A stretch of DNA of 64,000 nt from Picochlorum sp. SENEW3 (lineage: Eukaryota), in assembly GCA_034226945.1 (NCBI GenBank), contig CP120454.1:186001-250000 (forward strand), written 5' to 3'. Made by a program: the position numbers and the translations under genes. Shown one piece after another: positions 1-11,109 of the stretch. Position 1 is the stretch's first letter; each line of letters begins with the position of its first letter. The notes under the pieces are model-generated. The model searched no databases. It saw only the letters and a program-made list of their open reading frames with translations, and had not been told where the DNA came from.

Positions 1-1
1 G

Positions 2-1507
2 AGCAAAAAGTCTGAACAGATTGTGGAGAAGCGACGAGGGGCATCTCTTGGAACTCTGTCATCGTCTGATCGATTGTACAATCAAGGCGCGCAGAAAACA
101 TTGGATTGGGAAGTGAAAAAGAATATAATTGCACTTCAGGAGGCAACATTCAAGCCAGAAATTAACAAGACATCGATCAAGAAGGCAGAAAAATTCAACA
201 GAAATGGACCATCAGATGTTGCAGACAGGCTTTTGATTCGCGGCCAGGTCTACAACGAACGATTGGAGCAAGCACGCCACGAGCTTGAAAGTGACATTGA
301 TCCTGTCACAGGACGAAAACTCTTCCATCCAAAGACATTCCGTGGCCCAAAGAATGCAAGAGACAATGTCACTGCAGCCAATGTTGGGGAGCATTTGTAC
401 CAAGAAGCCCTCGAATCTGCCAAAAGGGTGCAAGAATATGTCAAATCTACACATGATAGTATAGATAAAGAAGCTTCAAAGGCGTATGTGAATGCTTCTT
501 CCCAGAAAATGATGGAAAGGCTCAAGTTGGACCGCATTAAAGCTGTGTATGCCTATCTTGCACAAACTCCTGCAGACTGCTTTCCCCCGGAATCACTCGA
601 TATCATCGGCGTCGTATCCAACGAGAAATTTATGGATACTATTGATCCAGAGGTGCGAGCTGATGTGGAACTCGCCGCTCGCCTGGCAATGAGGCAGGAA
701 TCACTGAGGTCTGAACAAAGTGCTGGTGAGCCCTCGCCTACCCTTACAGACATGAGCGAAAGTTCACTGGTGATTGAGGAGCATCCTTCTGTCTTTGTCA
801 CTGAAAGTACATTTATCAATCTGATGAATGAGGTCATTCGTCGGACTCGGGGCTACACGAGGGCATATTTGCTGCCAATGCCAGGCACCAGAAAGAAGTG
901 GGAGGAGCCAACATTCAAACCTGCTCTCGACACCAAATCTCGCCAGATGGCCGAAAGGTTGAGACCTAAAGCCATGCCATCACATGAAATTCTGTACAAC
1001 ACAGCGGCAGACACTGCAGCCAAAATTGAACTGATGAAGAAGGAAATCGAAGCAGAAGAATTAAAGGAGTGCACATTCAAACCCTCTTTGCAATCCACAG
1101 CAGATACCAGGCCACAGCACGGAAGAGCACTCAATGTGCTACGAAAACCAGCCAAATCTCTCTTTCATGTTGCAGAAAGCTCCCACTCTGAAGGATCTCA
1201 ATCAAGCTATAGCCCAGGCATGCCATCTACACAATCAGTCACAGAGACGCAAACAACAAAGGCTGACGAGTATGAGCCAAGCTCAATCCACCACCAGTCC
1301 ATCTATGATGGCATTGATGCTATAGAAAATGAGATCAAGGACGCCATTGCCCAACTGACGCAAAACGTAAAGCCCAAACATGCACCTACACCTCGGAAAG
1401 ATGCCATGGACGTGAGTCACGCGTTAGATGGCAGTTTAGACTGTGAGGCACTCTTTGCATCACCAAAGGATCTCTCATCACCCTATGACTTACATGTTAA
1501 ATTTTAA
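2..1507 (+). CDS. Hypothetical protein with repeated (E/C)xTFKP motifs, 5'-truncated
   Basis: The frame is open from the window edge for about 500 aa. Repeated motifs: EATFKPEIN, LFHPKT, EPTFKPAL, ECTFKPSL. Confidence 0.6.
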   Translation, partial: SKKSEQIVEKRRGASLGTLSSSDRLYNQGAQKTLDWEVKKNIIALQEATFKPEINKTSIKKAEKFNRNGPSDVADRLLIRGQVYNERLEQARHELESDIDPVTGRKLFHPKTFRGPKNARDNVTAANVGEHLYQEALESAKRVQEYVKSTHDSIDKEASKAYVNASSQKMMERLKLDRIKAVYAYLAQTPADCFPPESLDIIGVVSNEKFMDTIDPEVRADVELAARLAMRQESLRSEQSAGEPSPTLTDMSESSLVIEEHPSVFVTESTFINLMNEVIRRTRGYTRAYLLPMPGTRKKWEEPTFKPALDTKSRQMAERLRPKAMPSHEILYNTAADTAAKIELMKKEIEAEELKECTFKPSLQSTADTRPQHGRALNVLRKPAKSLFHVAESSHSEGSQSSYSPGMPSTQSVTETQTTKADEYEPSSIHHQSIYDGIDAIENEIKDAIAQLTQNVKPKHAPTPRKDAMDVSHALDGSLDCEALFASPKDLSSPYDLHVKF

Positions 1508-1514
1508 TACAACT

Positions 1515-2173
1515 TTAGTTTTTTGGAGACGATCCCTGTGAAGGACCACATCTCTCCACCATGACATCATACACTTGCTTGCCATTGAAAATCAATGGGA
1601 AAAAGTGAATCTGCCCCTCTGGTTTGGTCTGAGTCTCTTTAAAATACACCAAGACTGGGAACCCAGGCCACCAAAACTCCCAATTCACGAATGAATCATA
1701 CGTCCACCTATTCTTACCTCCTACAAATGCATTCTCCGTCTCTTGCGCCCCAATCACCACCTCGAGAGCCTCATCATCAAACACAAACCTCACCCGACTC
1801 GCCTGAAATGCCAAAAATGCCCCCAACACACCACAGAGACCAGCGAACACATCATTCGAGAATGCTACATGAGACACAGCCGCACCGCCAAGCAGCGTGA
1901 TGGGAATAGAATACGATGGTTCTGGGACCACAACTGGTCTTTCCTTCTTGGTCTTGCCACCACCAAACGATGGAAAATTCTTAAACGCAGACACCTGCAC
2001 ATGTGTTCATGATGTTGATATTGATATTCCCTTGATATACATATATGTATAATACATAGCGTGGAAGAATCGCGTACCACAAGGTGTGACGATGTTCTTC
2101 TCGACATGTGGTGACATGTGGTCCTCCCTCGAATACACGAGTGATGCCCTCCAGCAATCATGATCATTGCCAT
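1515..2173 (-). CDS. DUF3119 family protein, probably chloroplastic
   Basis: Motifs FLAFQASRVRFVFDDEALEV, NAFVGGKNRW and ILVYFKETQ-like VLVYFKETQTKPEGQIHFFP. Phase-0 GT-AG intron 1995-2077 joins a transit-peptide-like exon with ATG at 2173. Confidence 0.85.
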
Positions 2174-2399
2174 TGTCTTTTTATAACTGATGTTTCTTAT
2201 CTTAAGAATACACTGATTGCTATTAAATGATAATATACGTGTCCAACCCGAATACTTGCATTCATCAGGTATTGGCAAGGACCTCAGATGACTTGAAGAA
2301 GAAGAAAAACTCATTCTTATATAGAAGCAAATTGGCAAACCTCTTTGCATCATGGGAGCCAGCAGAAGTATATACATGTTTTTCTCCCGGATGATAGTA

Positions 2400-3227
2400 T
2401 TATTCCATACTAGTAGCAGTACTGTTAATGCCATACTTCCACAACCGCACTGCATTCTGCTTGATCAAAGCTTTGATACCACGAGTTGCTTGGATAAACC
2501 ATTCTGGATTCCCCCCTGTGTTCAACAATAATACCATCTCGATGAAACTGATCAAGACATCTCCATACTTGCTCAGCAGTTCAGCATCCGTCACATCACT
2601 CTTGCTTGAAGTACAGCGGACAACCAGCATGTATATACCGTCAGCGTCCGGTGAATCCCTCGTGCAATAGACAACCAAGCATCCACCTGGGATGAATTTG
2701 CGCCACCGTATGCCCCTAGATAATGATATCCATGAGGTAGGATGATCGTAATCCACGCTCTCTTCAAATGCCACGGATACGGCTGCTGATGGCCACATGA
2801 CACCAATTTCATATCCAGTCTCACCATCATGGACCAATCTGGTGATCACACGAGTCTTCATCTGTCTTTGCGCTACAAGATTCTCCACCAGCGGATACAA
2901 GCGTAATGAATGCAGCCTATCTTTGGTTCTTGCAAACTCTTGATGAAAATTTTCAAAATCCAGTGAATCATTCTGCACCCACTTGTCATACCCAAGCACA
3001 TGGTGCTTGTCACACCCAAAATAGTACTTTGGCATATCAATATTCTCATTAATTATGTTGATAATCTCACCAACACAGGGTAGATCGTTGATCATAGCAC
3101 GAATGTAGTCGTCACGGAGCTCCATGGCGATATGTAACACTGATTCGGGGAATGTTTGTTCCTTTGTCTCGCCTTCAGCCACGTATGACACAATTTTACC
3201 TAGAATATCCTCCGGCAGCCTATGCAT
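2400..3227 (-). CDS. Hypothetical protein with an F-box-like N-terminus
   Basis: Intronless 275-aa ORF. The start MHRLPEDILGKIVSYV resembles the F-box LPxEILxxI pattern; the rest is not recognised. Confidence 0.5.
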   Translation of the reverse strand: MHRLPEDILGKIVSYVAEGETKEQTFPESVLHIAMELRDDYIRAMINDLPCVGEIINIINENIDMPKYYFGCDKHHVLGYDKWVQNDSLDFENFHQEFARTKDRLHSLRLYPLVENLVAQRQMKTRVITRLVHDGETGYEIGVMWPSAAVSVAFEESVDYDHPTSWISLSRGIRWRKFIPGGCLVVYCTRDSPDADGIYMLVVRCTSSKSDVTDAELLSKYGDVLISFIEMVLLLNTGGNPEWFIQATRGIKALIKQNAVRLWKYGINSTATSME

Positions 3228-3455
3228 TACTGTACTATTTTTTTCATAAAGAAGAATGCTCCCGTAATACAGACAGATGGGTCAACGACCTGTTTGAATT
3301 TTTTTTATTTTAATCTTATCATGGTATGACCACACCCACGACCATTATTGTGACCATCATCATCATCATCCTGATCATGATCATGAATTGGTATATATAC
3401 CATACCATGTGACACACAAGAAGAGAAGAACAGATTTTGGCAGTTTTTCTGTCGG

Positions 3456-3467
3456 TGCCACGTGGCA
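3456..3467. promoter_or_regulatory. Perfect palindromic G-box TGCCACGTGGCA
   Basis: 12-bp palindrome in the divergent intergenic region, about 130 nt upstream of the ATG10 start. Confidence 0.4.
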
Positions 3468-3593
3468 GTGGGTTTCGGCGTCCCATCAATGTATACCGAC
3501 AACCGAGAAGATGTATACATGTATGTCTCAAGGGGGTATACTGAACAATTTATGGTGCTGTGCACCATAAAACCCTATGCTATCGCATAAATT

Positions 3594-4225
3594 ATGATTA
3601 CATATTCAGAGTTTAAGGCATCTATAGCATATTTACTTGAACAAGACCTCGAGGGATGGTTTCCGAATGGACATGCCACATGGACATGGTGTGAACATGG
3701 TGACGATATTTTGGTATGCGTTTTTTTTCTTTTTTTTCTTTCTTTCTTTCTTAGACACCAATAGCTAGTATATATTTAGAAGAAAAAAGCAATTATAACG
3801 TGACATATGCTGTATATATGCAGATGGCAGGATACTTGAAGATTAAACACACCATACTAGACAGTTGTGTCCAGTGCACGGAGTACCATGTATGTTACAG
3901 TCCTATATATCAAAACCCAGTATTATATATGATATCGTATGATCAGCATGGGAATCCAATCAACATGTTGGATGATCCTGATGGGATTCTACAGCATGCT
4001 ATACGTGACCATCAGGTCACGGTGAGTCAAGAGAGCCATCCAAGTACCCACCAGCCATGCTTGTATCAACTCCACCCATGCAATACTGATGACATTATAG
4101 CATCTATTGTGTCTGATGATCACGGGGATACAGGCGTCGCCAGGTATATGCTGGCGTGGATGAGTGCGGTTCAATGTGGTCTTGCACCAACTGCTGCCGT
4201 CGCATCAAGACTGCTCTCGGAATGA
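3594..4225 (+). CDS. ATG10: Autophagy E2-like conjugating enzyme ATG10
   Basis: EYHVCYSPIYQNPVLY, SQESHP, catalytic LHPCNT and YMLAWMS. Exon 1 MITYSEF...DIL; phase-0 intron 3714-3823. Confidence 0.85.
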
Positions 4226-4232
4226 GAAGATT

Positions 4233-5074
4233 TTATTTAATGATTGCAAGCCATCCAATGACTGTATACAGAAGACCCAAAGGGTATATCGCTAACGCTC
4301 TTCTATTCTCTGGGACTGCTCCTCCGACGAATGGAACGCTGGCCCATGATGCCCACATGACTGCCAACGGCATGACAATCCATCTCACGATGGGGTTTCG
4401 GACAAACAGAAATAGAATCGCGGCTACGTTTAAAGGAAACAAGCAGTATCCTAATAGGCATAGGGATTGGAAAAATCCAATCGTTCCACCCAAGAGGACA
4501 ACATTGACTGTCAAGACCAGAGCCCCAATTGACAGCAACCCAAACACAAGCTGCAATAATAATACCAGTATAGTAGTAGATTATGGTTTTATTTCCTTTC
4601 ATTGTTTTGAAACACAACAACAACAACAACAACAACAACAACACAGATAGATAGCGTACCGAGAATGTACTAGATGGCTTGGCTGCCCCAATAGACAAGG
4701 GAATAGCAAGTCCCAAGGTGAAAATCATAGGACCCCAGAGGTCCCAGTTCCTCAGAGCTGCACTCTGTTGACTACGGTCTTCTATAGGGAACACCACCAT
4801 GACTAAATTCTTATATATACGGATCAAATCTCGCCGTATTGTTTCAGCAATGGGTTCATCTAATGTATTCGTGGGTATCATTCGTGACATGTCGTCATCT
4901 GGCGCCGTTGGGAGGCCTTGGCCTTCATTGGATCCAAACATCTACAGAAAAATAGCCATAGTTCATTCTTATTAGGATAGCCATGGCTATCTGATACAAA
5001 CCCACCTGGTCAGTTGCTGCTGTTGTTGTTGTATTTGATGAACCAAACGTGTTTTGAAAGAATGCGGATGCCAT
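4233..5074 (-). CDS. YIP1-domain Golgi membrane protein (YIPF6-like)
   Basis: NTLDEPIAETIRRDL, LRNWDLWGP, FFQSLCLLGYCLFPL and RRALAIYP. Introns 4942-5005 and 4551-4659. Confidence 0.9.
4615..4642. repeat. (CAA)n microsatellite
   Basis: About 9 tandem CAA units inside the second YIP1 intron. Confidence 0.9.
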
Positions 5075-5112
5075 TTTTTTATTACAGTTTTTTTAAATAT
5101 TTCATTATTATT

Positions 5113-6669
5113 TTATTGCGGTGGGCCACCGTTGGGTGCTGCTGAATTTGAACCAAACAATGCTGCAATGTTGACTGGCTGACCTGGACGAACACCAGGA
5201 ATCTGCTGCTGCTGCTGTTGCTGTTGTTGTTGTGGCATCATACCTGGTGAAAATCCTGGTGGAGGTGGTCGCATCATCATCATGTTTGGTGGTGGAGGCA
5301 TCATGTGCGGTGGTGGCATGCCCGGGTGTCCGGGAGGAGGCATTGGCATGCTGTACTGGGCCATGGGTGGTCTCATGGGCATGCCTCCTGCTGTTCCTGG
5401 CGACTGAGGAGGAGGCGGCATTCCCATCATCATGGGCATTCCTCTCCCTTGCTGCTGTTGTTGCTGTTGATATGGTTGTTGCTGATATCCTGGTGGTGGT
5501 GCTTGTTGAGGCCTCTGCTGCTGCTGATGATGATGGAGCATTGCCAATAAATTCTTTGCCTGCTGCTGAGATGATGATGCTGATGATGCAGGTGGCTCTC
5601 CATTCAACCGAGCTTGTCTCATTTGCGCAGCAAGAAGCATGGCTTGCTGATCGCTAGTACTACCTGTTTGAGTTGGATTCATTCCCTGTCCTGGTGGTGC
5701 TGCACTGCCACCGGCACCAAAGAGCTGCGCCAAATTCACAGGCTGTCCTTTTGGTGCACTTGTTGATGCTGATACATGTTGTTGTTGTTGCTCATGACCT
5801 CGGCGCTGATACCCTGCTTCTGCTTCCGCCCGATCATGTTCCTCCTGTTCTCTCTTCCACATCTCAATCTCATCATTCTGTACCTCCTCCACCTCTCCCG
5901 ACTCCTCCTTCTTCTTCTCCTTCCTCCACGCTGCTTGCATCTTTTGCCTCTCCGCCTCAATCGCATCCGCAGTAATCTGAATCTTCTGATTGGGATTCAA
6001 TGTTGCCCACTCTGGAGTCTTCTCATCATCATCGTGCGCCCTCTGCGCCATAATATTCGCATCATTCCACGCATACCGAGGAGTAGGCACATCACCATCA
6101 TCAGACTTTCTCCTCCACGACTCTTCCTCTTCCATCTTCACCCATCTCGATGTACCCCCTCCTCGAGTACCATGCTTCCCAGATGGAGACGTCACTCCAC
6201 CCTTTCCGCCACCATACTGCACAGACTTCTTCCCAGCATCCCATCGATCTGCCATAGGCGTCACAACTCGAGGTATCGTCCCATTTCCACTACTACTCGT
6301 CGCCTCGTCGTGAATCAATCGACTCCGCAACGGAGGGCGGGGCTGCCCCGTCACACCCACCGCACCAGTATCAAAAAATGACGCTTCAGTCAACGCTCTA
6401 CACATTGTCGATATTCAGTAAAACACATCCGAACAGCGCATTGCACGCAACGCATCGCTATCGCACCTCAAAACATCCACGTCCAAGTCTTTGGGAAGTT
6501 TCTTCGTCGCAGGGAGATGTCGAAATCCTAATAACGCCTCTCTGTACATCAGTGAATAGTATATAGTAATATGTATCAAAATCACGCGCATAAAAGTAAA
6601 CCCAGGCCAGAAAAAACAAAGAAACGTGGTGATCCCAACGCACCTGGTGTATCGAATCTTCTCCGGCAT
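5113..6669 (-). CDS. Putative eIF4E-binding, Gln/Pro-rich disordered protein (4E-T/GIGYF-like)
   Basis: Three exons with phase-2 introns 6542-6643 and 6398-6466. The spliced N-terminus MPEKIRYTREALLGFR contains YxxxxL-phi. Internal acidic-PEW motif and Q/P/M-rich C-terminus. Confidence 0.6.
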
Positions 6670-6946
6670 GCTTATTCGCTTGTATACTGTAATTGGTGTG
6701 CTACTACTGTTTAATTGTATATTTATAGTATCTAATGGAGTAGTGCAGAGGCCTTTTATCCAAACCAATACCACACCAAGGAAATAAAAACGGTCGTCGT
6801 CTACTCTACTATCGTACTCACGGTCGTTGGACTCTTTTGACCGAAGACTACTGCCATCATGGCTCCGAGACCATGATGGCAGAATTTCAAGATGCATCGT
6901 CTACTATACAGAGCTCATTCACATATTAGTAGTAGTGTAGTGTGAG

Positions 6947-8044
6947 ATGTCAGCAAACGTATCAGTAGCAGGTGGCAGGATTGGGAGTTTCAACCCCAGG
7001 GGGGGACCCATTCGTCGGTCACAAAACATTTGGTGTTCAAGCGGATCATTGTCTCAATCTATGGATGGTATGATGAGACAGAGTAGTGGTATATCTGATG
7101 GATATCTGGTGGATACGTATGGATCAGAGAGGGTGCGTGGAAGGGGAAAGGGATACGGAAGGCGGGTGCTCAGCACTCGCTGCCAGGCTGCTTCTTCGAC
7201 GCAGCAGCCAGCTATTTTGGTGAATAGTTGCACAGGAAAGATGGGTCATGCGACTGCCGAAGCTGTTGTTCGGGCTGGGTTGACATTGATTCCGTATACG
7301 TTTACTGGGAGATCAGAGGCTGTTGCTGTAGGGAATGTGGGTGTGTGTGGGGTTCCTGTGGAGCTCATCACAGCACAAGAGAGGCAGGTTGCGTTGGACA
7401 AGATCAAGGCGGATTATCCTGATCTTGTGGTGATTGACTATACGCTTCCTTCGGCGGTGAATGAGAATGCTTTGTTTTACTGTGAGAATGGGATTCCATT
7501 TGTCATGGGGACGACGGGGGGTGACAGGGACAAGTTGCTTGAGGATGTTGCAGCGTCGGGTGTGTATGCTGTTATCGCACCGAATATGGGGAAGCAGATT
7601 GTAGCGTTTCAGACGATGATGGAGTCTATGGCAGAGGAATTCCCAGGGTGTTTCCAAGGGTATAGTTTGCGTGTTGTCGAGTCTCATCAGAGAACAAAGG
7701 CCGACACATCTGGTACAGCCAAAGCTGTGGTACAGTCATTTCAAAAGATGGGATTAAGCGACTTTAAGGAGAGTGATATCGAGAAAGTACGCGAGAAGGA
7801 GGCTCAGATGTTTGATATGGGTGTCCCAGAGGAGTGTATTGATGGGCATGCATTCCACACGTATACATTAACGTCTGAGGATGGATCGGTAACTCTTGAA
7901 TTCAAACATAATGTTTGTGGTAGAAAGGTGTATGCAGAAGGGACGGTGGATGCTGCGATATTTTTACATCAACAGCGACAAAAGGGAGCTGCTACAAAAT
8001 TGTACAATATGATTGATGTGTTGAAGGCAGGTGCCATGAGGTGA
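6947..8044 (+). CDS. dapB: 4-hydroxy-tetrahydrodipicolinate reductase, chloroplastic
   Basis: VNSCTGKMG, FVMGTTGG, ESHQRTKADTSGTA and HNVCGRKVYAEG; transit-peptide-like N-terminus. Confidence 0.95.
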   Translation: MSANVSVAGGRIGSFNPRGGPIRRSQNIWCSSGSLSQSMDGMMRQSSGISDGYLVDTYGSERVRGRGKGYGRRVLSTRCQAASSTQQPAILVNSCTGKMGHATAEAVVRAGLTLIPYTFTGRSEAVAVGNVGVCGVPVELITAQERQVALDKIKADYPDLVVIDYTLPSAVNENALFYCENGIPFVMGTTGGDRDKLLEDVAASGVYAVIAPNMGKQIVAFQTMMESMAEEFPGCFQGYSLRVVESHQRTKADTSGTAKAVVQSFQKMGLSDFKESDIEKVREKEAQMFDMGVPEECIDGHAFHTYTLTSEDGSVTLEFKHNVCGRKVYAEGTVDAAIFLHQQRQKGAATKLYNMIDVLKAGAMR

Positions 8045-8295
8045 ATAATGTTTCCTGTACATGGTTTTTAATATGTTGGTGTGTGTAATACATACATGAT
8101 GTGACAATCAATCAAACAATGGTGAATTTTTTAACAAGAAGAAGAAGAGCAGCACTACATAAAGTCCGTAAATAGATGTATAGAACGAGATCAGCAGATA
8201 TGATTCCTCTTCCACTCAGCAGCAGCGTTGTCCATTCCGACAATAATAGCCACCAAAGTTTATTTATATAGAAATAGAGTGAATAACACACCAAT

Positions 8296-8777
8296 ATGAA
8301 TACAGTAGCAGCCCGTGTTCAGTGCAGGACGGCCTCGTCGCATGGCCTTGTTGTCGCAAGACCTGCGTCTCTTCTCGCAGTCCGAGGACGCCCACCGAGC
8401 CAGTATCGCCATACATTTGTCTCATCTCCTAGCAGTGATAGAAGAATGCCCGTGAAGGATGTGTCTTGTCAAGGATTGTTTGGATTGGGTGTTCCGGAAA
8501 TTGCCGTAATTGCTGGCGTTGTGGCTCTTATTTATGGTACGAGATGTATGACGAATAAAGACAACAAGAATGCGTGGTCACATGCGTATATATAACATGG
8601 TGTGCAGGTCCCAGCAAGCTTCCAGAGTTGGGCAAGGGATTAGGTAAAACTGCCAAGAGTTTTCAGACTGCAGCGAAAGAATTTGAAAAGGAATTGAAAG
8701 AAGAGATGAAGGAAGATGACGAAGAAGAAGACAAAAAGACGACGACTGGTCAGCAGCAGCAGGAACAGAAGAAATGA
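8296..8777 (+). CDS. tatA: Thylakoid Tat translocase subunit TatA/Tha4
   Basis: GLFGLGVPEIAVIAGVVALIYG|PSKLPELGKGLGKTAKSF; intron 8537-8607. Confidence 0.92.
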
Positions 8778-8897
8778 TGGCATCATGATGCCATTGCCTT
8801 GGTTGTCATGATGATGAATGTAAATGTACCTACATCGACGTGCAGAAAATAAAGGAAAAAAAATGATGATATACAATCATATCCACAAGAACTTGAT

Positions 8898-9722
8898 CTA
8901 CTCAAAAGCCCACTGGTTCTCTCGACGGACCTCTTCCTCCTCCTCCTTGGTAAAGTCATTTTCAATATTGAATGTCTTTCTAATCTCCTCTGGAGTCTTG
9001 CCCTTGATCATATTTGCCACCGTCATGCACGTCAAGTCTAACAATGGCTTGATATTCAGATAATTGGCTGCAAGAATAAGCTCAAACAGAGTCTGCTGGT
9101 CTACCCTGGTGAAGTCTTTGTTCCACTTGTCCAAGTCTTGCTTCTCCTCATTGGGCAAATCCTTCTCCTCTGTGACACCAGCATCATGGAGGCACTGCAC
9201 ATAATGGCTGCAAAACTGAATCACCTTTTCCAGGATATCAGATTTGACGTTTGGAAGGGGCACCACGTCCCCAGCATCCTCGACATCTGCACCATCAGGA
9301 TGACTATAATCATGGTTTGACTTTGAGGGCAAGATACAACAACAAGTCAATCACGCACCTTCGATCATTTCTTTGATCGTGATAGACATGGACGCTACCT
9401 TCTCGTCCACTTGAAATGTCTTTCCATCGCTGCTCGATAGCAGCACCTGCAACATGTGAATAATAGAGCACCTGTCAGTTTGGATTCAAGAGCACCTTCA
9501 AGTCCCACCCGAACGAAACACCGCCGCCCTTGTAGCACTGATATGACATATATATGCATACAATACTGCCTCATATAAAAGAATTTTGGCATCTGAGATG
9601 ATTTTGAGCCGTTCCAGGCCCACGAGGGTATTGCCGACACATTCAAACATCAGACGGGTGATGACAGCTTCATTCCACCAGAGACAGAGTTAGCCTTTCT
9701 ATCATACCTTTGAGATTGTCAT
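8898..9722 (-). CDS. SKP1: SKP1, SCF ubiquitin ligase adaptor
   Basis: [51 protein letters not shown] and [11 protein letters not shown]. Introns about 9447-9707 and 9287-9358. Confidence 0.95.
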
Positions 9723-9932
9723 GGTAATTATTTAACAGAATATTCTACAAGAATTGATATTCGGGTGTTGAGAGGCAGGTTTTGATCTTGATTGTACAGG
9801 TCTTGTTGGCTCAAATTCAAATTTTTTACATACTATCGGTCGAATACATTCTTTGACCGAGGGCACACTCATACATCATTCATTGTCTGAAGTCGTCAAG
9901 ATCCTCTGTGTGTCTCTCTCTTTGTTTGTTTC

Positions 9933-11079
9933 TTAGACTGCATGATGCCTTTGCAAGGAGACTGGGGCGAACGGCCCAACTGGTTGTGGTGCTTGTGGAG
10001 CATGAGCAGCACTTGGCACAGTGGGTGGCTTGGAACGCCGTACTCGTGGTCGCCTCTGGGGGCCATTCCCGGGTTGTCCCACGAGACTATTCTTGTAAAA
10101 CATGGCTTCCTGCATTATTATAGTCTTAGTGCTTGATTCCATGTCACGGATGATGAACCAACACGGTACAAGAAAAACAGAAGAAGAAGAAGAAGAAGAA
10201 GACGAGAAACAATCAATCAACACGTACAGCTTCATCATCAGAAAATTCGCACACGGGTTCCTCGTCTATCACTGCTTCGTCATCCACATCATATCCTTTT
10301 ACTCGTAAATCATGCTCTGCGACTGATGTAGAGAGAGACGGCATGGAGAAGACAACATCTCCAACATCCACCATGGCAATATCAGCTCCCTCTGTTGATG
10401 ATGGAGGGAGGGTCTTTGGGTCTCGAATGATATACATTGGACTTTGAACAGGTCCAAAAATATCTTCTACACGCCCGACGAGTGATTTTGTCAGACTCAC
10501 GAGTACAGAACCTTCCCCTAACAGTTGAGACCCTGCAGACGCACTCACAACAATGGTACCTTCAATACAGCTTGCCACCCTTCCTGCTTCCACAATCTCA
10601 TCCTGAGAATCTACAACTATTTGATTCAGTTGAAAGCATGGCGCATCGTTGGTACCAAAGAGTAACTCTGCAGCACTGGGCTGAGGCCCAGCAGTCTCCT
10701 GTGCTGTGGACTCCATCATACTGTTCTGGATCACATGACGCAATTCATCCAGCGATGTAATGTCTTTGACCTCCTCAGAATCACTCGTCATATACTCTGA
10801 AGATGACGCATCGTCCATGGGCATGTCTGATCCCGCACAGGGCTGGAGACACACCCGAACAGACCCCTCCTCAGCGTCCAAAGTCAACATCAAAGAAATG
10901 ACGCGTGAGGTGTCTTCTTCCTCAGGTATGGTATCATGAATATCCATAGATTGATCTTCAGGACCTGAATCACTCTCAATCCCGTAGGAACCCAAGGCTG
11001 CAGCAACGACATGCACATCCTGAGCATTTGGAATGACGTGAGGAGCGTCGTCGTCTAAAAATATCTCTTCAGCATTCAT
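9933..11079 (-). CDS. NAF1: H/ACA snoRNP assembly factor NAF1 (Gar1/Naf1 domain)
   Basis: LLGEGSVLV...VGRVEDIFGPVQSPMYII, KGYD and EFSDDEA|EAMFYK across intron 10110-10227; Pro-rich tail. Confidence 0.85.
10179..10200. repeat. (GAA)n microsatellite
   Basis: About 7 GAA units inside the NAF1 intron. Confidence 0.85.
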
Positions 11080-11109
11080 TATTGGCTTATTTTATAACGT
11101 AAGAAAATT

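Noticed and set aside
3305..3570. Small ORFs over a (CAT)n-rich stretch
   Set aside because: Low-complexity promoter region between divergent genes with no coding signature.
9447..9707. Long first introns (SKP1, also CYC1 and the XB3-like gene) as snoRNA hosts
   Set aside because: No convincing C/D or H/ACA box pair with a terminal stem; longer first introns are ordinary.
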